Shown here piece by piece: positions 1 through 12,789 of a stretch of DNA of 60,400 nt. Source of the stretch: Ptychomitrium polyphyllum (taxonomy: Eukaryota). Below the pieces are notes generated by a model that was not told the origin of the DNA, searched no databases, and saw only the letters and a list, made by a program, of their open reading frames with translations. A program made the translations under genes and the position numbers. The DNA lies in assembly GCA_973851085.1 (NCBI GenBank), contig OZ316775.1, positions 23,126,001 to 23,186,400 of the forward strand, given 5' to 3'. Position 1 is the first letter of the stretch, and every line of letters starts with the position of its first letter.

Positions 1-809
1 CCTCCTTACAAATATTCTGAAACTCAAGCCTAACATCAATGAGCTATACCTAACCTAAGCTTCCTACAGTGTCCTAGAGAATTATTGTACATTTTGAAAA
101 GAACAAACAAGGCACATAAAGTGGACATGAGCTAGCAATATCTTCTATAGACTGAAGAGAGGCACCAGAGACGTCAAGTGTACAGTAGTCGAATATTCAA
201 TCCCAGTGACTACGCCACCCTGGATTAGCCTGGAGCAAATTGTTGTGCTTCTGGAAGCAAAACTCTGTCTCGCATAACTCCACAGGGTTCCAAGTCGGAG
301 CACATTTTCAACACAGTTATGCACCCTACTATAGTGCTTGGACGAGAGAACACATTTTTGTAAGCTTGCGTATGCTCATATCGGAAGCTGAAGTAAGGTT
401 GACATAACAGTTGGTTGGGATCGGACCTCCATACAACACTCTTGTCTAGGACAATCATACTTGAATTATGGTCATCTTCCTCAGGAACATGTCTGGCGCC
501 TCCATATTCTCCTTCGCTAAGTTAGCCACTTCTCCAGATCCACCGACTTGGAAACCAATATGTCGTCGAGGAAGACCTCTCCACATATTGCTCCAAAACA
601 TGTCGTGAGATATATACCTTTGATTCCTTCCCTAATCCACTGATTGGATCACAAAACTAAATGTGTCTGTCAGTCGAAATATGAGGTGTAAACAGCAAAT
701 TTGCACACCTCAATCTACCTCTCTCTTGTCATCCAGCTGCTGCTAGCTTTGTAGATGCAATTGAACAGAAAATTGCTCGCAAAACTTGTCAACCAAAGAA
801 CCAACGCTA

Positions 810-3800
810 TCAAAGTCCAATGATTTTTTTCAGTACATAAATGATCAGCATGGCTGCACACAAGACGATGAGCACCAATATACAAGTCACCATGGCTCCT
901 CTTTTCTGGGTCTCCTCTGCCTGCAATCATCCAGCAAACCAGAACCATTACCAACCTTTATATGATAAACACACTGGGCACTTCCAGAAACTTCAAAAGA
1001 TACTGAACTGCAGTATACAAATAATTAATGAAAGTATAAAGAGGATCCTCACCTTCACAAGCTCCTTCACCCCCTGCTCTACTGAGGAAGCAACATTGGT
1101 GATGTTGTAATCAATACGATCAACTATTGTTCCCTGTTTGTATTGATCATACACAGATTCAGAGCCAGCCAGAAAGAACGAACTTAATATTTAGACAATG
1201 GCATGACAACCAATCCAGAAGAAAGTGCAGAGGAAAGATTTTATTTTCTCCAAACGAATCTTCATACTGTCATACCTGATCAATGACGAGAACAGATAGA
1301 TCCTTCATAATTTGTGCTAGGTCATTCACAGATTCCACAATCTGAATTAACATACGCGCAGCATGTTAATTTCAGGCACACTTCCTTTCTGAATTGGTGC
1401 ACAATACCAAGTCATCATTCGCCTTTATTCTCATATTAGAATAAGTAATCGGGAACACAAGGATCCAACAGAAAGAGATGCAGTAACCTTACAAGCCTAT
1501 ACACTATCTTCAAGCCACATTGGAATCATGCTGAGAAGCCTTATCCAAGAAAAAATACTTACCTGATTGATTTCCTTCTCTCGTTCAGCTGACAAAGCTT
1601 CATTCTGTCTTAATTGAACAAGGTGTTGATCTGAGAGACTCTGCAATAGAATGTGAAAATATGAGAAGCATGGTACACAATCACCTTTATAAGTCAAATA
1701 GCTCCAGCTAAAATTAAGAGCTGTAAAGGCAATCATACCAAACTCCCTAACAATGGCACTACCATCACTACCATCACTACCATCGAGACCTGTAAACTCA
1801 ACTAGGACCAGGATGGTGCTCCAGCCTGACAATTATGCAAAGTTGCCCACAGAAAATATCTGACTAATGTGTCTTCCAATTTCTTTTAATTTACAGATCC
1901 ACTTCTCCATACTACTGAATAACTGCAATACAAATCATAACATCACATCGCTCATATACACGAGTGTAATTGGTAGCAACCTGAGAGAAGTCATCGTCTT
2001 CACTCGGTTTTGACTGCTTTTTCAATCCAATTCCATCATCGACAGCTTGTCCCTAATTAAACAACAATAAAAAGGGCCACTTCAGCACAATGCAAACCCC
2101 AAACAGGCACAACCGTACTCTAAGCGGAATAGATGTGAACCAAAATATCACACACGAACCCGTGTCAAGGTATCCGGACAAACCTTGACCCTAACTGTAC
2201 AAGACCTTAAAATATATCTCACAGCTTTCACCTCTTCTGCCATATGTGTATCAGACAAAGGTGCAAAGGTCGATCCATGTATGTCCTCATTGAATAACAC
2301 TGGTAGTACCTGAACTATCCATTACAACAGCTGCTTTGAAGAAAGAATAAATGTGAACACTGCCGAAGTCAGATATGAAAGGCAAGAATTGCACCTCTTG
2401 CTGCCGTTGCAGTCTACTCAAGTACCCCTTTTGTTGCTTTCGAAAATCCATGGACAAAGTTTGCAAATCCGTTGCTAAAGATCTCTGAACGAATAAGGTA
2501 AGATGTAAGAGATAATTTGTAACACAGTCGATGACTACCAAAGATTAAGGTTGAGCATAACAACTCTTTTTCATCAACTCCATGGTTATAAGCACATAAC
2601 TCAACCACAGCAAGCTCTGATGCTTAAGAATAAGTACTTACTTGTACATTCTTGCGAATGTTAGCATCTTGTTCGCTTGAGCCAGTTGGTCTCGAGAGTT
2701 GCTGGAGCCTCTGCTCACACTTCTTTAACAACTTGGTGATTTGTTGAGACAACAACTCAATAGTATGTTCTTCCTTGGACGTGTCATCGAAGGAAGGCAT
2801 TAGAGCGCGACTATGAGCTTTCGCTAGCTCCGTCATTTTCGAGCGTGCCTGCTGCATATCTGCGGAGACTTGGTCCGAGATATCCACCCAACCTGGCGGC
2901 AGATTTATTGTAGATGACCCCATACTACAAAAGACAGGGTCATCAAAGCATGTAAGTGTACTGTAGACTAAGTACACCAACCTCAGGAAGACAAGATTCT
3001 GAAATACTTACCTTGTTTTCATTCTATCAGTTGTGAACACGAAAATATTCCAAACTCAGAGAATTCCTCTTTTCGCACATCAGAATGCGGGTCTAGGACA
3101 AGAATCGACTCTTCCCAATATAAAGTTAAGCTTAGCCGCTTGCCAAAAACCAACTTGCAAGATTTCTAGACCCTAGAGAACGGTCAAGGTTTTTAATTCA
3201 TCGAACCCTAAATCGCTACAGTATACAGAAATGTGTCGGTCATCTGACCAATTGGAGAAAAGCACCTCCTTAAACAATACACCTATAACTCTTAGAAACT
3301 TAATGCATAGATATTATAAAACATTAGATTTACTTGACACAGTGAACAAAAGTCTATGGTTCAATTCATGGATCGGGTGACCAATTCAAGTCGCAGGACT
3401 TCAAGATTCCAAATGATTCATTTCCTGCGGATTTGTAGCAGATTTTCCAGCTCTTCTCTCCACGCGTTGGTTACCAACTTTGTGAAAAGATGCGAGGACT
3501 TCCACTATAGCATCTCGATACTCCAGACATAAATAATTCCTCCACACGCGTCCCCTATTCTATTTTGCTGAATACCACATCCCTAGTTACTGTACCAACC
3601 AAGCATAGTCTAATGTGCAAGAAGAGAAAAAAGGCTGCACGAGCAGATCTACAATAATTTTTCTAAAAACCCTAACTGCAGAGGGACCTTCAAATCCGGA
3701 TGAATTAAATCCTGAATCATCAACATCAACACCTACTGCCCTGCTACTTCTTACAAACGCAGATTCGAACCTCTCGACACAGCGACAAATTGCATCCATC

Positions 3801-4037
3801 GATTACAAGAACAACGTAGGGTTACAAAACTACAAAAACAAACCTGGATTGCCCTGCATCGAGCTCTACACCACCAATCGCACTGTAACCCCGCGGCCTC
3901 CCTCGATTCAGCAAGGGCGCTTCCACGAGCTCGATCGCCCCGCCATGTGCTCCCGACGAGGTCGTCACATGCGGCCGGACGCTCCGTAACGCCTCCCGGT
4001 ACTTCCGGAACAACGCAGTCTGGTTTCTCGTCGCCAT
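810..4037 (-). CDS. SYP4: Qa-SNARE syntaxin of the SYP4 (SYP41/42/43, Tlg2/syntaxin-16) family; 8 exons, 324 aa
   Basis: Manually spliced GT-AG exons 4037-3844, 2924-2642, 2484-2395, 2052-1981, 1640-1563, 1341-1276, 1133-1053 and 920-810 join in frame (975 nt). N-peptide MATRNQT, LPPGWVD motif, SNARE helix IVESVNDLAQIMKDLSVLVIDQGTIVDRIDYNI and a C-terminal transmembrane segment. Confidence 0.95.
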
Positions 4038-4279
4038 TCTCCTCTCCTCTCAATTAATCTAATCGCAACAACAATCTCCACAATCCACCTCCTCCCTAAT
4101 CCCGCGCAGTTCTCCTCTACCGACAATCACACTATTCCGCTATTCCCTGTAATCTCACCATATCCTGGTTGCTCTTCATCAAACCTTCCTCTCCGTTCTG
4201 TTGATCCTCCTCCCTACAATCGCCATCTCCATCCCCCGCATCGAAACCCTGGCTCGATCCTCCCAATCCGCACCACCAC

Positions 4280-4622
4280 TAGGGTTTACAGAAAAACAAG
4301 ATGTCCTACCAATTCCTCTACAAACATCTAAATGCCTCCGCGATCTTTCTACAACATGAACATCAGAATGATATGCACGATCGCGAGATCCCAATTCAAA
4401 CAGGCGCAATCCTCCCAATCTGCAACATCGCTCCAGAACGAAGCTAGGGTTTACAAAAAAACCAAGATCTCCTCCGAATTCGTCCACAAATGTCCAAATG
4501 GCTCCGTGGTTCGTTCTACAACATGAAAACCAGGAGTGATGCGCAAGGTTACGAGCACGATTGGCAGAAAACCATGAAATCCGCCCAATCCGCAACACCA
4601 ATCCAAACCGAAGGTAGGGTTT
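4280..4622 (-). promoter_or_regulatory. Three telo-box (AAACCCTA) motifs in the 5' leader/promoter of the syntaxin gene
   Basis: TAGGGTTT on the + strand at 4280, 4445 and 4615, upstream of the ATG. This is a common plant promoter element. Confidence 0.5.
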
Positions 4623-6179
4623 AGCACCATCAAGAAGCAAAAATGTCGAAACAGCTCCGCATTCAGGTCAAAAGCTGGAGATTAGAGAGATGTACAAGAC
4701 TACGAGGAAGATTGGCGCATACGGCGGTTGTCCGATGCTGCGGAAGATGGGGAGTCTATGCCGGGGCAATGACCATCCTGTGGCACTCTGCATCTCAGAG
4801 TGCAGGCTGCAAGTTCGTCGAAGCCATTTGAGAATAAATGCATGCCATTTGTTGTTAAAAAAGGTCATGCTTGCGGAGACCGAAGGTTGAATGACAGGAC
4901 CAGGTGACCAGGTGTCTACGCGGAGGCCGGTGTCTGCTTAGGTCCGTGTCATGGTGTGTCAATTCAACTTACGGTCTTGGGAACTATCAAGGTTGACGAG
5001 CTAACGTACCAGCTGTCGCGCCCCTGAAAAGTTGGAAACCCATTCTTCAGCGACCCCACTAGGCTCCGATCACTCCCAATGGGATGAAGAAGAGGAACCT
5101 TGATCTCCAAAGGGAACTGGAATGAGTAAGTGTATAAGCTCATTCAACCTCTTAGCCCATGTCACAAGAAGAAAGAATAATGGTGTAGAATTACATTTTT
5201 TTTGTAAGGAAGTAAATATTATATGAAACAAATAATACTACAAATTTTCATAGTTAGTGACCAAAGTGCCAAAACATCATACAATACATAAAAATTATGT
5301 TGTACACATTGTAAATGTTAAATGCTTGTAAAATGTAGATGCCAAGCCACAAGTTGAGTTGTTGGTTGCTTATAATTGTGTATTACATTTGTTTTATCTA
5401 AATATAAACTTGGATGAACTTATATAAGCAGGATTGTATTATTATTTTGATTTGGCACTACAATATGATTATTTTGAAAAGAAAAAAAGATGTGCCAATT
5501 AACTAAAAAGAGTACCATAATAATTGTGGTCTATAAGACTAACAATAATAAAAATAGTTTATATTAATACATGTTTTTAGAATTTAAAAAGTGGTAATAA
5601 AAGTTGGTTATTTTCAAGTCTTCTTTTATGTAGAAATATGAACCAAATGCCTTGTATAACACTTGTGCTAATGTTTTTAAAGGTGGTTTTTTGTAGATTA
5701 TCATGGAATGTTGAATCTATCTATAAGAATTGTCATTGATGTTAAAAGTATTCCTCATAGTTCTAGTTGTTAGAATCAAAACTAAAAAAATAAAGTGCTT
5801 ATTGATCAATCAAAATATCATACTTGATAGTATTAAATGGAATACACTATAGAAAGAACTCAAAATAAAGAAGCTCATAACTAATGCAAAAAATTAACTG
5901 CAATGATTGCCTAATGTACTTTGTAAGATGCTTTGTGCCACCAAATAACATTACAATGATAAAGAGCAAGGCTCAAGACTTTGCACTTTTTAGACCTAAT
6001 TCTTAGGCAAGTTGTTAACTAATGCAAATTGGTTAAGCACCAAATTCCATCATAATTTGCATTTGTATAACACAAGTAGTAATAATACCTGTACGGCTAA
6101 TAACAAAAATATTTTTATCATTAATTAGCCGTACTATTTTTGGATGCAAGTTCAACCACTTCTATTTAAGTCTAATTGC

Positions 6180-6758
6180 TGTCACGGACATAGATCATGC
6201 AACATAGTCCTTAGAACATTCTAATACCTTCTAATATATTCTAATAGCTTTCAAAAATACCTTTAAATGTCTCCATAGCCATCCATATTCTAATAAAGCT
6301 TCCTAGGAAAGTTCTTCCACCTTAAGAAACTTCCTAAGAAGATTCTATCATCTAAGATAACTTCCTAAGAGACTAGGACAGTTCCATCATTTTTGGAAAC
6401 TTCCTAAAAAGGTTCCGCTACCTTAGGATATATCCATGAAAGGTCCCAAATCCTTGGAAGCCTCTTAAGAAGGTTCCAACATCTTAGGAATCTTCTTGGA
6501 AAGGTTCCTTAAACTTCCAAAACATTCTTAAGCCTTGTAGGAAGCTTCTTTAAAAGTATCCTAGGAGATACAAACGTCATAGTATAAATAGGAGGCAAGA
6601 CAAGGTATTCCTTAGTCTTGCCAACACAAGTTGTGGATCATCTTGAATTCTACCTTGTTCTAGTCTTTGTATCAAGTTCTTGTTAATCATTAGCTCTTTG
6701 GGAAGCTAATTCTTGGGAAACACTTCGTTTCTGCTTCTTGTTTCTTGTGTCCCTAATA
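6180..6758 (+). repeat. 5' LTR of gypsy element 1
   Basis: Homologous to 12142-12789; TATAAATA at 6583; internal degenerate ~30-bp repeats. Confidence 0.93.
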
Positions 6759-6994
6759 GTTTGGCAAGACTACTCTTCATCCTTGTCAGAGCTAAGGTTC
6801 TTTGAAGAAGATTGTGGATTACCCATCTTCTTTAGGATTCCATAGCGTCTTAGAGTTTGCAAATTACCCTCCTCTAAGCTGCCACCATAGAGTTGGTTTC
6901 TCCTTCTAGAACTAAGTATTACTTCTTTCAAAGGACGTGGATTTTCCTCCTTAAAACATATTCATAGTCTTCTTGGCTTTGCCAATCTTAAGAA

Positions 6995-8005
6995 ATGGAT
7001 AACGTGCTTGGAACATTAGAGAATATATTTGCAACTATTGTAGACCTTCAAGAATTGTTAAACACAGTTCAAACGGAACTTGCCTGTTTTAATATCACCA
7101 ACAATTTGGAGCAACACACTCGGCAAGCTGAAGAATCTAATGGTGATATTCAAAGCCTATATCAAGAGGTTGTTTGATTGCGAGAGAATAGTATTAAAAG
7201 GGAGAGCTTACATCAAACCCATGCAGAGCCAAAGATTAGCATGCTAGACAAGTTCCATGAATGAAGATCAAAATTGAGAGGCTTTGTTCAACAAGTAAGG
7301 CTCTTCCTTAGTTTGCATCAATCTCGTTATCCTGATGGCACAACTCAAGTGGGATTTGTGGCCACTCTTTTATCAAACAATGCACTATCGTAGTTTGCAC
7401 CACTAATGGAGAAGCAGTCACCATTATTGAACAACTTAGATGCTTTTATAGAAGCATTAACATCTACTTTTGGAGACACCGACCGAGAGAAGATGGCTGA
7501 AACAAGGATCCAGAGTCTCCAACAAGGACAGCGCTCAGCTACTACATATGCTACAGAGTTTCGACAATTAGCTTGCGACCTTGATTGGATTGATAAAGCC
7601 TTGGTCACACGATTTCAATGGGGCTTAAGAGAGAATGTAAAGGACTTGCTACTCACAATGCTAAGAGTTGAAACATTGGACGAATTCATCACTCAAGCAA
7701 TAGCAAATGACAATAGACTATTTGAGAGGCGCCAAGAACAACGCTTGAAATGGCGACCAGTACGTCAAAACATGGCTACCACTTCTTTAAGAATATTGGA
7801 AAGTCGACATCAAGGATTGAAACCTATACAAATTGATGCTGCCCAGGGCGAACGTTTGGCTCCAGAAGAAAAAGAAAGGCGTCGAAGAGAAAACCTATGT
7901 TTGTATTGTGGCAAGTCTAGACATAAAGTGCACGATTGCCAAATCAAAGGATTTACCTTTAAGGCTCAAAGCACAATGGTGGAGTTGGAAAACAAGGCTG
8001 TCTAG
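6995..8005 (+). pseudogene. gag with CCHC zinc knuckle, interrupted by stops
   Basis: Retrotransposon gag motifs LQQGQRSATTYATEF and CLYCGKSRHKVHDC; in-frame stops between 7177 and 7406. Confidence 0.9.
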
Positions 8006-8119
8006 TTATATTAGAGACTATGCGACTGGACACCACAAGGAAACCACCATCAAATTAAGGTCTCTTACTACCCTCAAGCCCTACCTCTTGTTTTACATTT
8101 TCTATCAAAAGTAAATAGT

Positions 8120-11100
8120 TAGATAGTGAGGCTCTATTAGACACTAGTGCAACGGCATGTTTCATGGACAAGGATTTTGCAACCAAACATCACATGGTGC
8201 TTCTGAATAAAAAATATCCTGCACCTGTTGAAGTTATTGATGGACGATCTCTTGCATCTGGCAATGTTATTAAAGAAACTCAACTCTTGCAGGTCATTTT
8301 AGGAGATCAGACATCTAAGATTGTCTTCAACATCATTCAATGCCAAAAAAATCCTATTGTCTTGGGCCTTCCTTGGTTTGAATTACATAATCCAGACATT
8401 GACTAGCGCTCACGGAGTGTGGTATTAAGGAAAAGACGTCAAGGTACGAGAAATCTTGGACCATCATTTATTAGAGCTAAGGCATTTATGAGAGCGGCAA
8501 AGGATGAATCAATCTATACCATTTATGCCACGCTAATGTCCAGCTCAACAATAGAGACTAATCAAAACATACCTCGTCAATATCAAGATTATAAAGACGT
8601 TTTTGAAAAGATGAATGCGGATATGTTACCAAAGCACCGGCCCTATGATTGTACCATTGAGTTGCAAGAAGGAGTCCAACCACCTTTTGGACCGATTTAT
8701 AATTTATCACAAACTGTATTGACTGCCTTGAGAGAATATATTGATGAAAACCTTGGAAAGGGTTTCATTCAGCACTCTAAATCACCTGTTGGAGCACCCA
8801 TTCTATTTGTAAAGAAGAAAGATGGATCATTACGTATGTGCGTGGACTATCGAGGCCTCAACAAAGTAACAAAAACAAATCGCTATCCATTACCATTAAT
8901 CTCAGGAATCCTACAACAACTTGGCCAAGCAAAGATATTCACCAAAATTGATCTTAGAGGAACCTACAACCTTGTACGCATCAAAGAAGGAGACAAGTGG
9001 AAGACAGCTTTTCAATCTAGGTATGGTCATTTTGAATACAATGTCATGCCTTTTGGCCTTACTAATGCTCCCGCAGTCTTCCAACATATGATGAATGATA
9101 TCTTCCATGAATATCTGGACGATTTTGTAGTCATTTATTTGGATGATATTTTGATATATTCAAAGGATGAACAAGTCCATGAATGTTATGTACAACTAGT
9201 CTTAGAAAAATTACGCCAGCAAGGACCACATGCCAAATTGGAGAAGTGCCTTTTCCATGAATCATTGGTTGAATTTTTAGGCTACATCATTTTTAAAGGA
9301 GGAATCCATATGAATAACAAGAAAATAAGCACTATCATAGAGTGGAGTACGCCAAGATCAATTCGAGATGTTCAGTGTTTCTTGGGATTTGCAAACTTCT
9401 ACAGAATATTCATCAAGAATTATTCCAAGGTTGCGGCACCATTACCACGTCTTACAGGGAAGCAAAAAATCATTTGGGATGAAGAAGCGGGAAAAGCATT
9501 TCAAAGTCTTAAAAAATCATTCACGTCGGCTCCAATTCTTATTCATCCAAATCCATCAAAGCCTTTCTATTTGGAAGCGGATGCCTCAGATTTTGCGCTT
9601 GGCTCAATACTCTCACAATATGATGAAGATGGCAGACTTCACCCTCTTGCCTTTCGTTCAAGGAAGTTCTCAGCGGCAAAGATCAACTATGATATACATG
9701 ATAAAAAACTACTTGCATTTGTGGATGCGTTTGAAGAATGGCGACACTTATTGGAAGGAGCTCAATATACCATTACGATATACAAAGACCACAAGAGCTT
9801 GGAGTATTTCATGAGTGCGCGCGTTTTGAATCGCCGTCAAGCAAGGTGGAGTATGTTGTTTTCCAGATTTGACTTTGTCATTACCTATCGATCTGGTAGC
9901 TTACAAGATAAGCTAGATGCCTTATCTCAAAGATCTTATTTAGCTCTCCAACTTGGGGATGATGTTTTGAATCAACAAACGGCTATTTTATTGAAGCCTG
10001 AGAATCTTCAATTGAAAGCAACGATTATTACAACAACATCCCATCTTGACAAAATTCGGAAGGCTTTGAACAATGACGTCTTTGTTTCAAATATAAAAAA
10101 GTGCCTCAAAGACAATGGAAATCCTTCAAATAGCAATGAGGACTTTGAATTCCAAGAGGGCCCACTTTATTACAAAAGACTTTTGTATCTACCTCCACGC
10201 CCTTTGCAGTTGAAGATCCTTCAAGCACGTCATGATTTTCCAGCAGCACGACATTTTGGATTCAATAAAACAATGAAGTTGATTGCTAGAGACTATTGGT
10301 GGCCACAAATGTGGAAGTACGTGAAGGACTTTATTTGATCATGCGACACTTGTGCAAGAGCCAAGGTACCAAGGCACCAACTTCATGGTCTCCTCCATCC
10401 GCTTCTAGTGCCAAAGGGCCCATGGTTGTCTCTATCAATGGGATTTATCATGGACCTTCCAAACTCCGATTCTAAGGATTCTATTTTGGTAGTGGTGGAT
10501 CAATTTACCAAAATGGCACATTTCATTGCATGCAATAAGACGGTAACGGGAGAAGAAACTGCCAAGTTGTTCCTAAACCACGTCTATCGCATACATGGAC
10601 TACCAGATGATATTGTATCCGATCGGGGACCGTAGTTCATTTCCAACTTTTGGAGGGCTCTATTCCAGCTGTTGCGTGTAAAGATCAATCTTTCTTTAGC
10701 ACACCATCCAGAAACTGATGGCCAAACGGAACTTGTGAATCAAATTTTGGAGCAGTATCTTTGTTGTAGCATAAACTACCAGCAAGACAACTGGATGGAT
10801 CTCTTGCCTTTGGCAGAATTTGCTTACAACAATACGGTGCATTTTTCAACAACTCAAAGTCCATTCTTTGCAAACTATGGCCATCATCCTCAAACACATC
10901 CATTTCAAGTGAAGCATGTTGGATGTCTTGCAGCAAAGGATTTTGCAATTCAACTTGCTAAAATCCATTAAGAAATTACCTTCCAGTTACAACAAGCTCA
11001 AGATCGTTACAAAACTTATGCAGACCGCCATCGGAAGGACCATCGAAAGTTCAAGGTTGGAGATAGCGTATGGCTCCTTTGACGAAATATACAGACAAAA

Positions 11101-11470
11101 AGACCATCAAAGAAGTTGGACTATCAAAGGTTGGGACCGTTTGAAATCAGCAAACAGATAAATCCGGTAAGTTATTGCCTAAAGCTACCACTAAGCTTGC
11201 AAATTCATCTGGTATTCCACGTATCGTTGTTGGAAATTTATAACAAATCATGTATACCAAAGAGAATTTTTTCACCGCCTTCTCTGTTAGAAATCAACAA
11301 TGAAATGAAATTTGAAGTAGAAGAGATCTTAAATTCACGCACCAAGAATGGACGTGTGGAGTACCTTATACATTGGCAAGGATATGGCATCAATGACCGA
11401 ACATGAGAACCTTCAACAAATGTAACAAATGCATCCAAGAAGGTACGCAAATTTCATCAAAGGTGTCTTT
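8120..11470 (+). pseudogene. pol (protease, RT, RNase H, integrase, chromodomain) with premature stops
   Basis: ALLDTSA protease site, RT YLDD, RNase H DASD, integrase HPETDGQTE, chromodomain FEVEEILNSR...YLIHWQGY. Stops at 8406, 10338, 10635, 10971 and 11406. Confidence 0.95.
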
Positions 11471-12141
11471 AAAAACTAGGTCAGTGATGATATGTCATCA
11501 GTAGCTGTTAGCTTCACAGAGAAGTTTTTCCTTCATAGACAAGTATAAGAAGAGAGTAGAAATATCCAAATCTCTAATTGTATGCAACATTATTTCCAAA
11601 ATAAATCATTTCTAGATCCTAGCTAGAATGTCAAATCTTTGCGTTATCATGGATATACCTGAAGAGCAATCAGCCATGCCTTCATCACCAACAGCATCTG
11701 TTGAGCCAACTTAACTTTCTCAGCCCTCGGTAACGGACGATCTAAGCCAAGATATGAAAGGGACATTCCAACGTCGAGTACAACCTCATACAAAAGTATT
11801 GGCTTGTTGCCCTTCACATTCTAGTCTTGATTCAGATGCTTGCGCTCAAGTCATCTTGTTAGAAATTAGAAGAGTCACTCCTAGAGGACCCGAAATCTTG
11901 TTTGGAAGATGTTTTGAAGGATTTAATCAAGATCAGATCTTGGGATGGAACATTTCAACAATAGAAGTCTTAGCTGGTGGTCATCGGCGCTTCTTGCAAG
12001 GACCAGTTGAACCAGTGAAGACAGAACAACGAGCAAAGTATGTTACTTCACTCTTTTGACAAATTTTGGAATTTGTAGAAATGTGACAAGCAAGCCAAGA
12101 AAAGAGCTCCTCATAGGACTTGTCGTTAAATGGGGAGGTGA

Positions 12142-12789
12142 TGTCACGGACATAGATCATGCAATATAGTCCTTAGAACATTCTAGAACCTTCTAATATA
12201 CTGTAATAGCTTCTTAGAATACCTTTAAATGTCTCCATAGCCTTTCTATGTTCTTAGGAAGCTTCCAAAGAAAGTTCTTTTACCTTAGGAAACTTCCTAG
12301 GAAGGTTCTATCATCTTAGGTAACTTCTTAGGAAACTTTGTAGGAAGTTTCCATCACCTTAGGAAACTTCCTAGGAGACGGTTCCATTATCTTAGGAAAC
12401 TTTCTAGGAAGGTTTTATTTCTTTAGGAATCTTCTTAAAAAGGTTCTGCTATCTGAAGAAATTTCCAAGGAAGGTTCCAATTCCTTGGATGCTTCTTTGG
12501 AAGGTTTTAACGTCTTAGGAAACTTCTTGGGAAGGTTCTCTAGACTACCAAAACATTTTTAAACCTTATAGGAAGCTTCTTTAGAAGTATTCTAGGAGAT
12601 ACAAACGTCATAGTATAAATAGAAGGCAAGGCAAGGTATTCTTTAGTCTTGCCAACACATATTGTGGATCATCTTGAATTCTGCCTTGTTGTAGTCTTTG
12701 TATCAAGTTCTTGTTAATCATTAGCTCTTTGGGAAGCTAATTCTTGGGAAACACTTCGTTTCTGCTTTTTGTTTCTTGTGTCCTCAACA
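12142..12789 (+). repeat. 3' LTR of gypsy element 1
   Basis: Begins TGTCACGGACATAG like the 5' LTR and ends in CA followed by the TSD. Confidence 0.93.

Larger units (their letters stand above)
6180..12789 (+). mobile_element. Full-length, decayed Ty3/gypsy chromovirus LTR retrotransposon
   Basis: TG...CA ends, 5-bp TSD ATTGC (6175-6179 and 12790-12794), two LTRs, polypurine tract AAATGGGGAGGTGA before 12142, and gag-PR-RT-RNaseH-IN-chromodomain order. Confidence 0.97.

Noticed and set aside
3665..4622. Interstitial telomere remnants near the syntaxin gene
   Set aside because: These are isolated single AAACCCTA units in a 5' region, better explained as ordinary telo-box promoter motifs.
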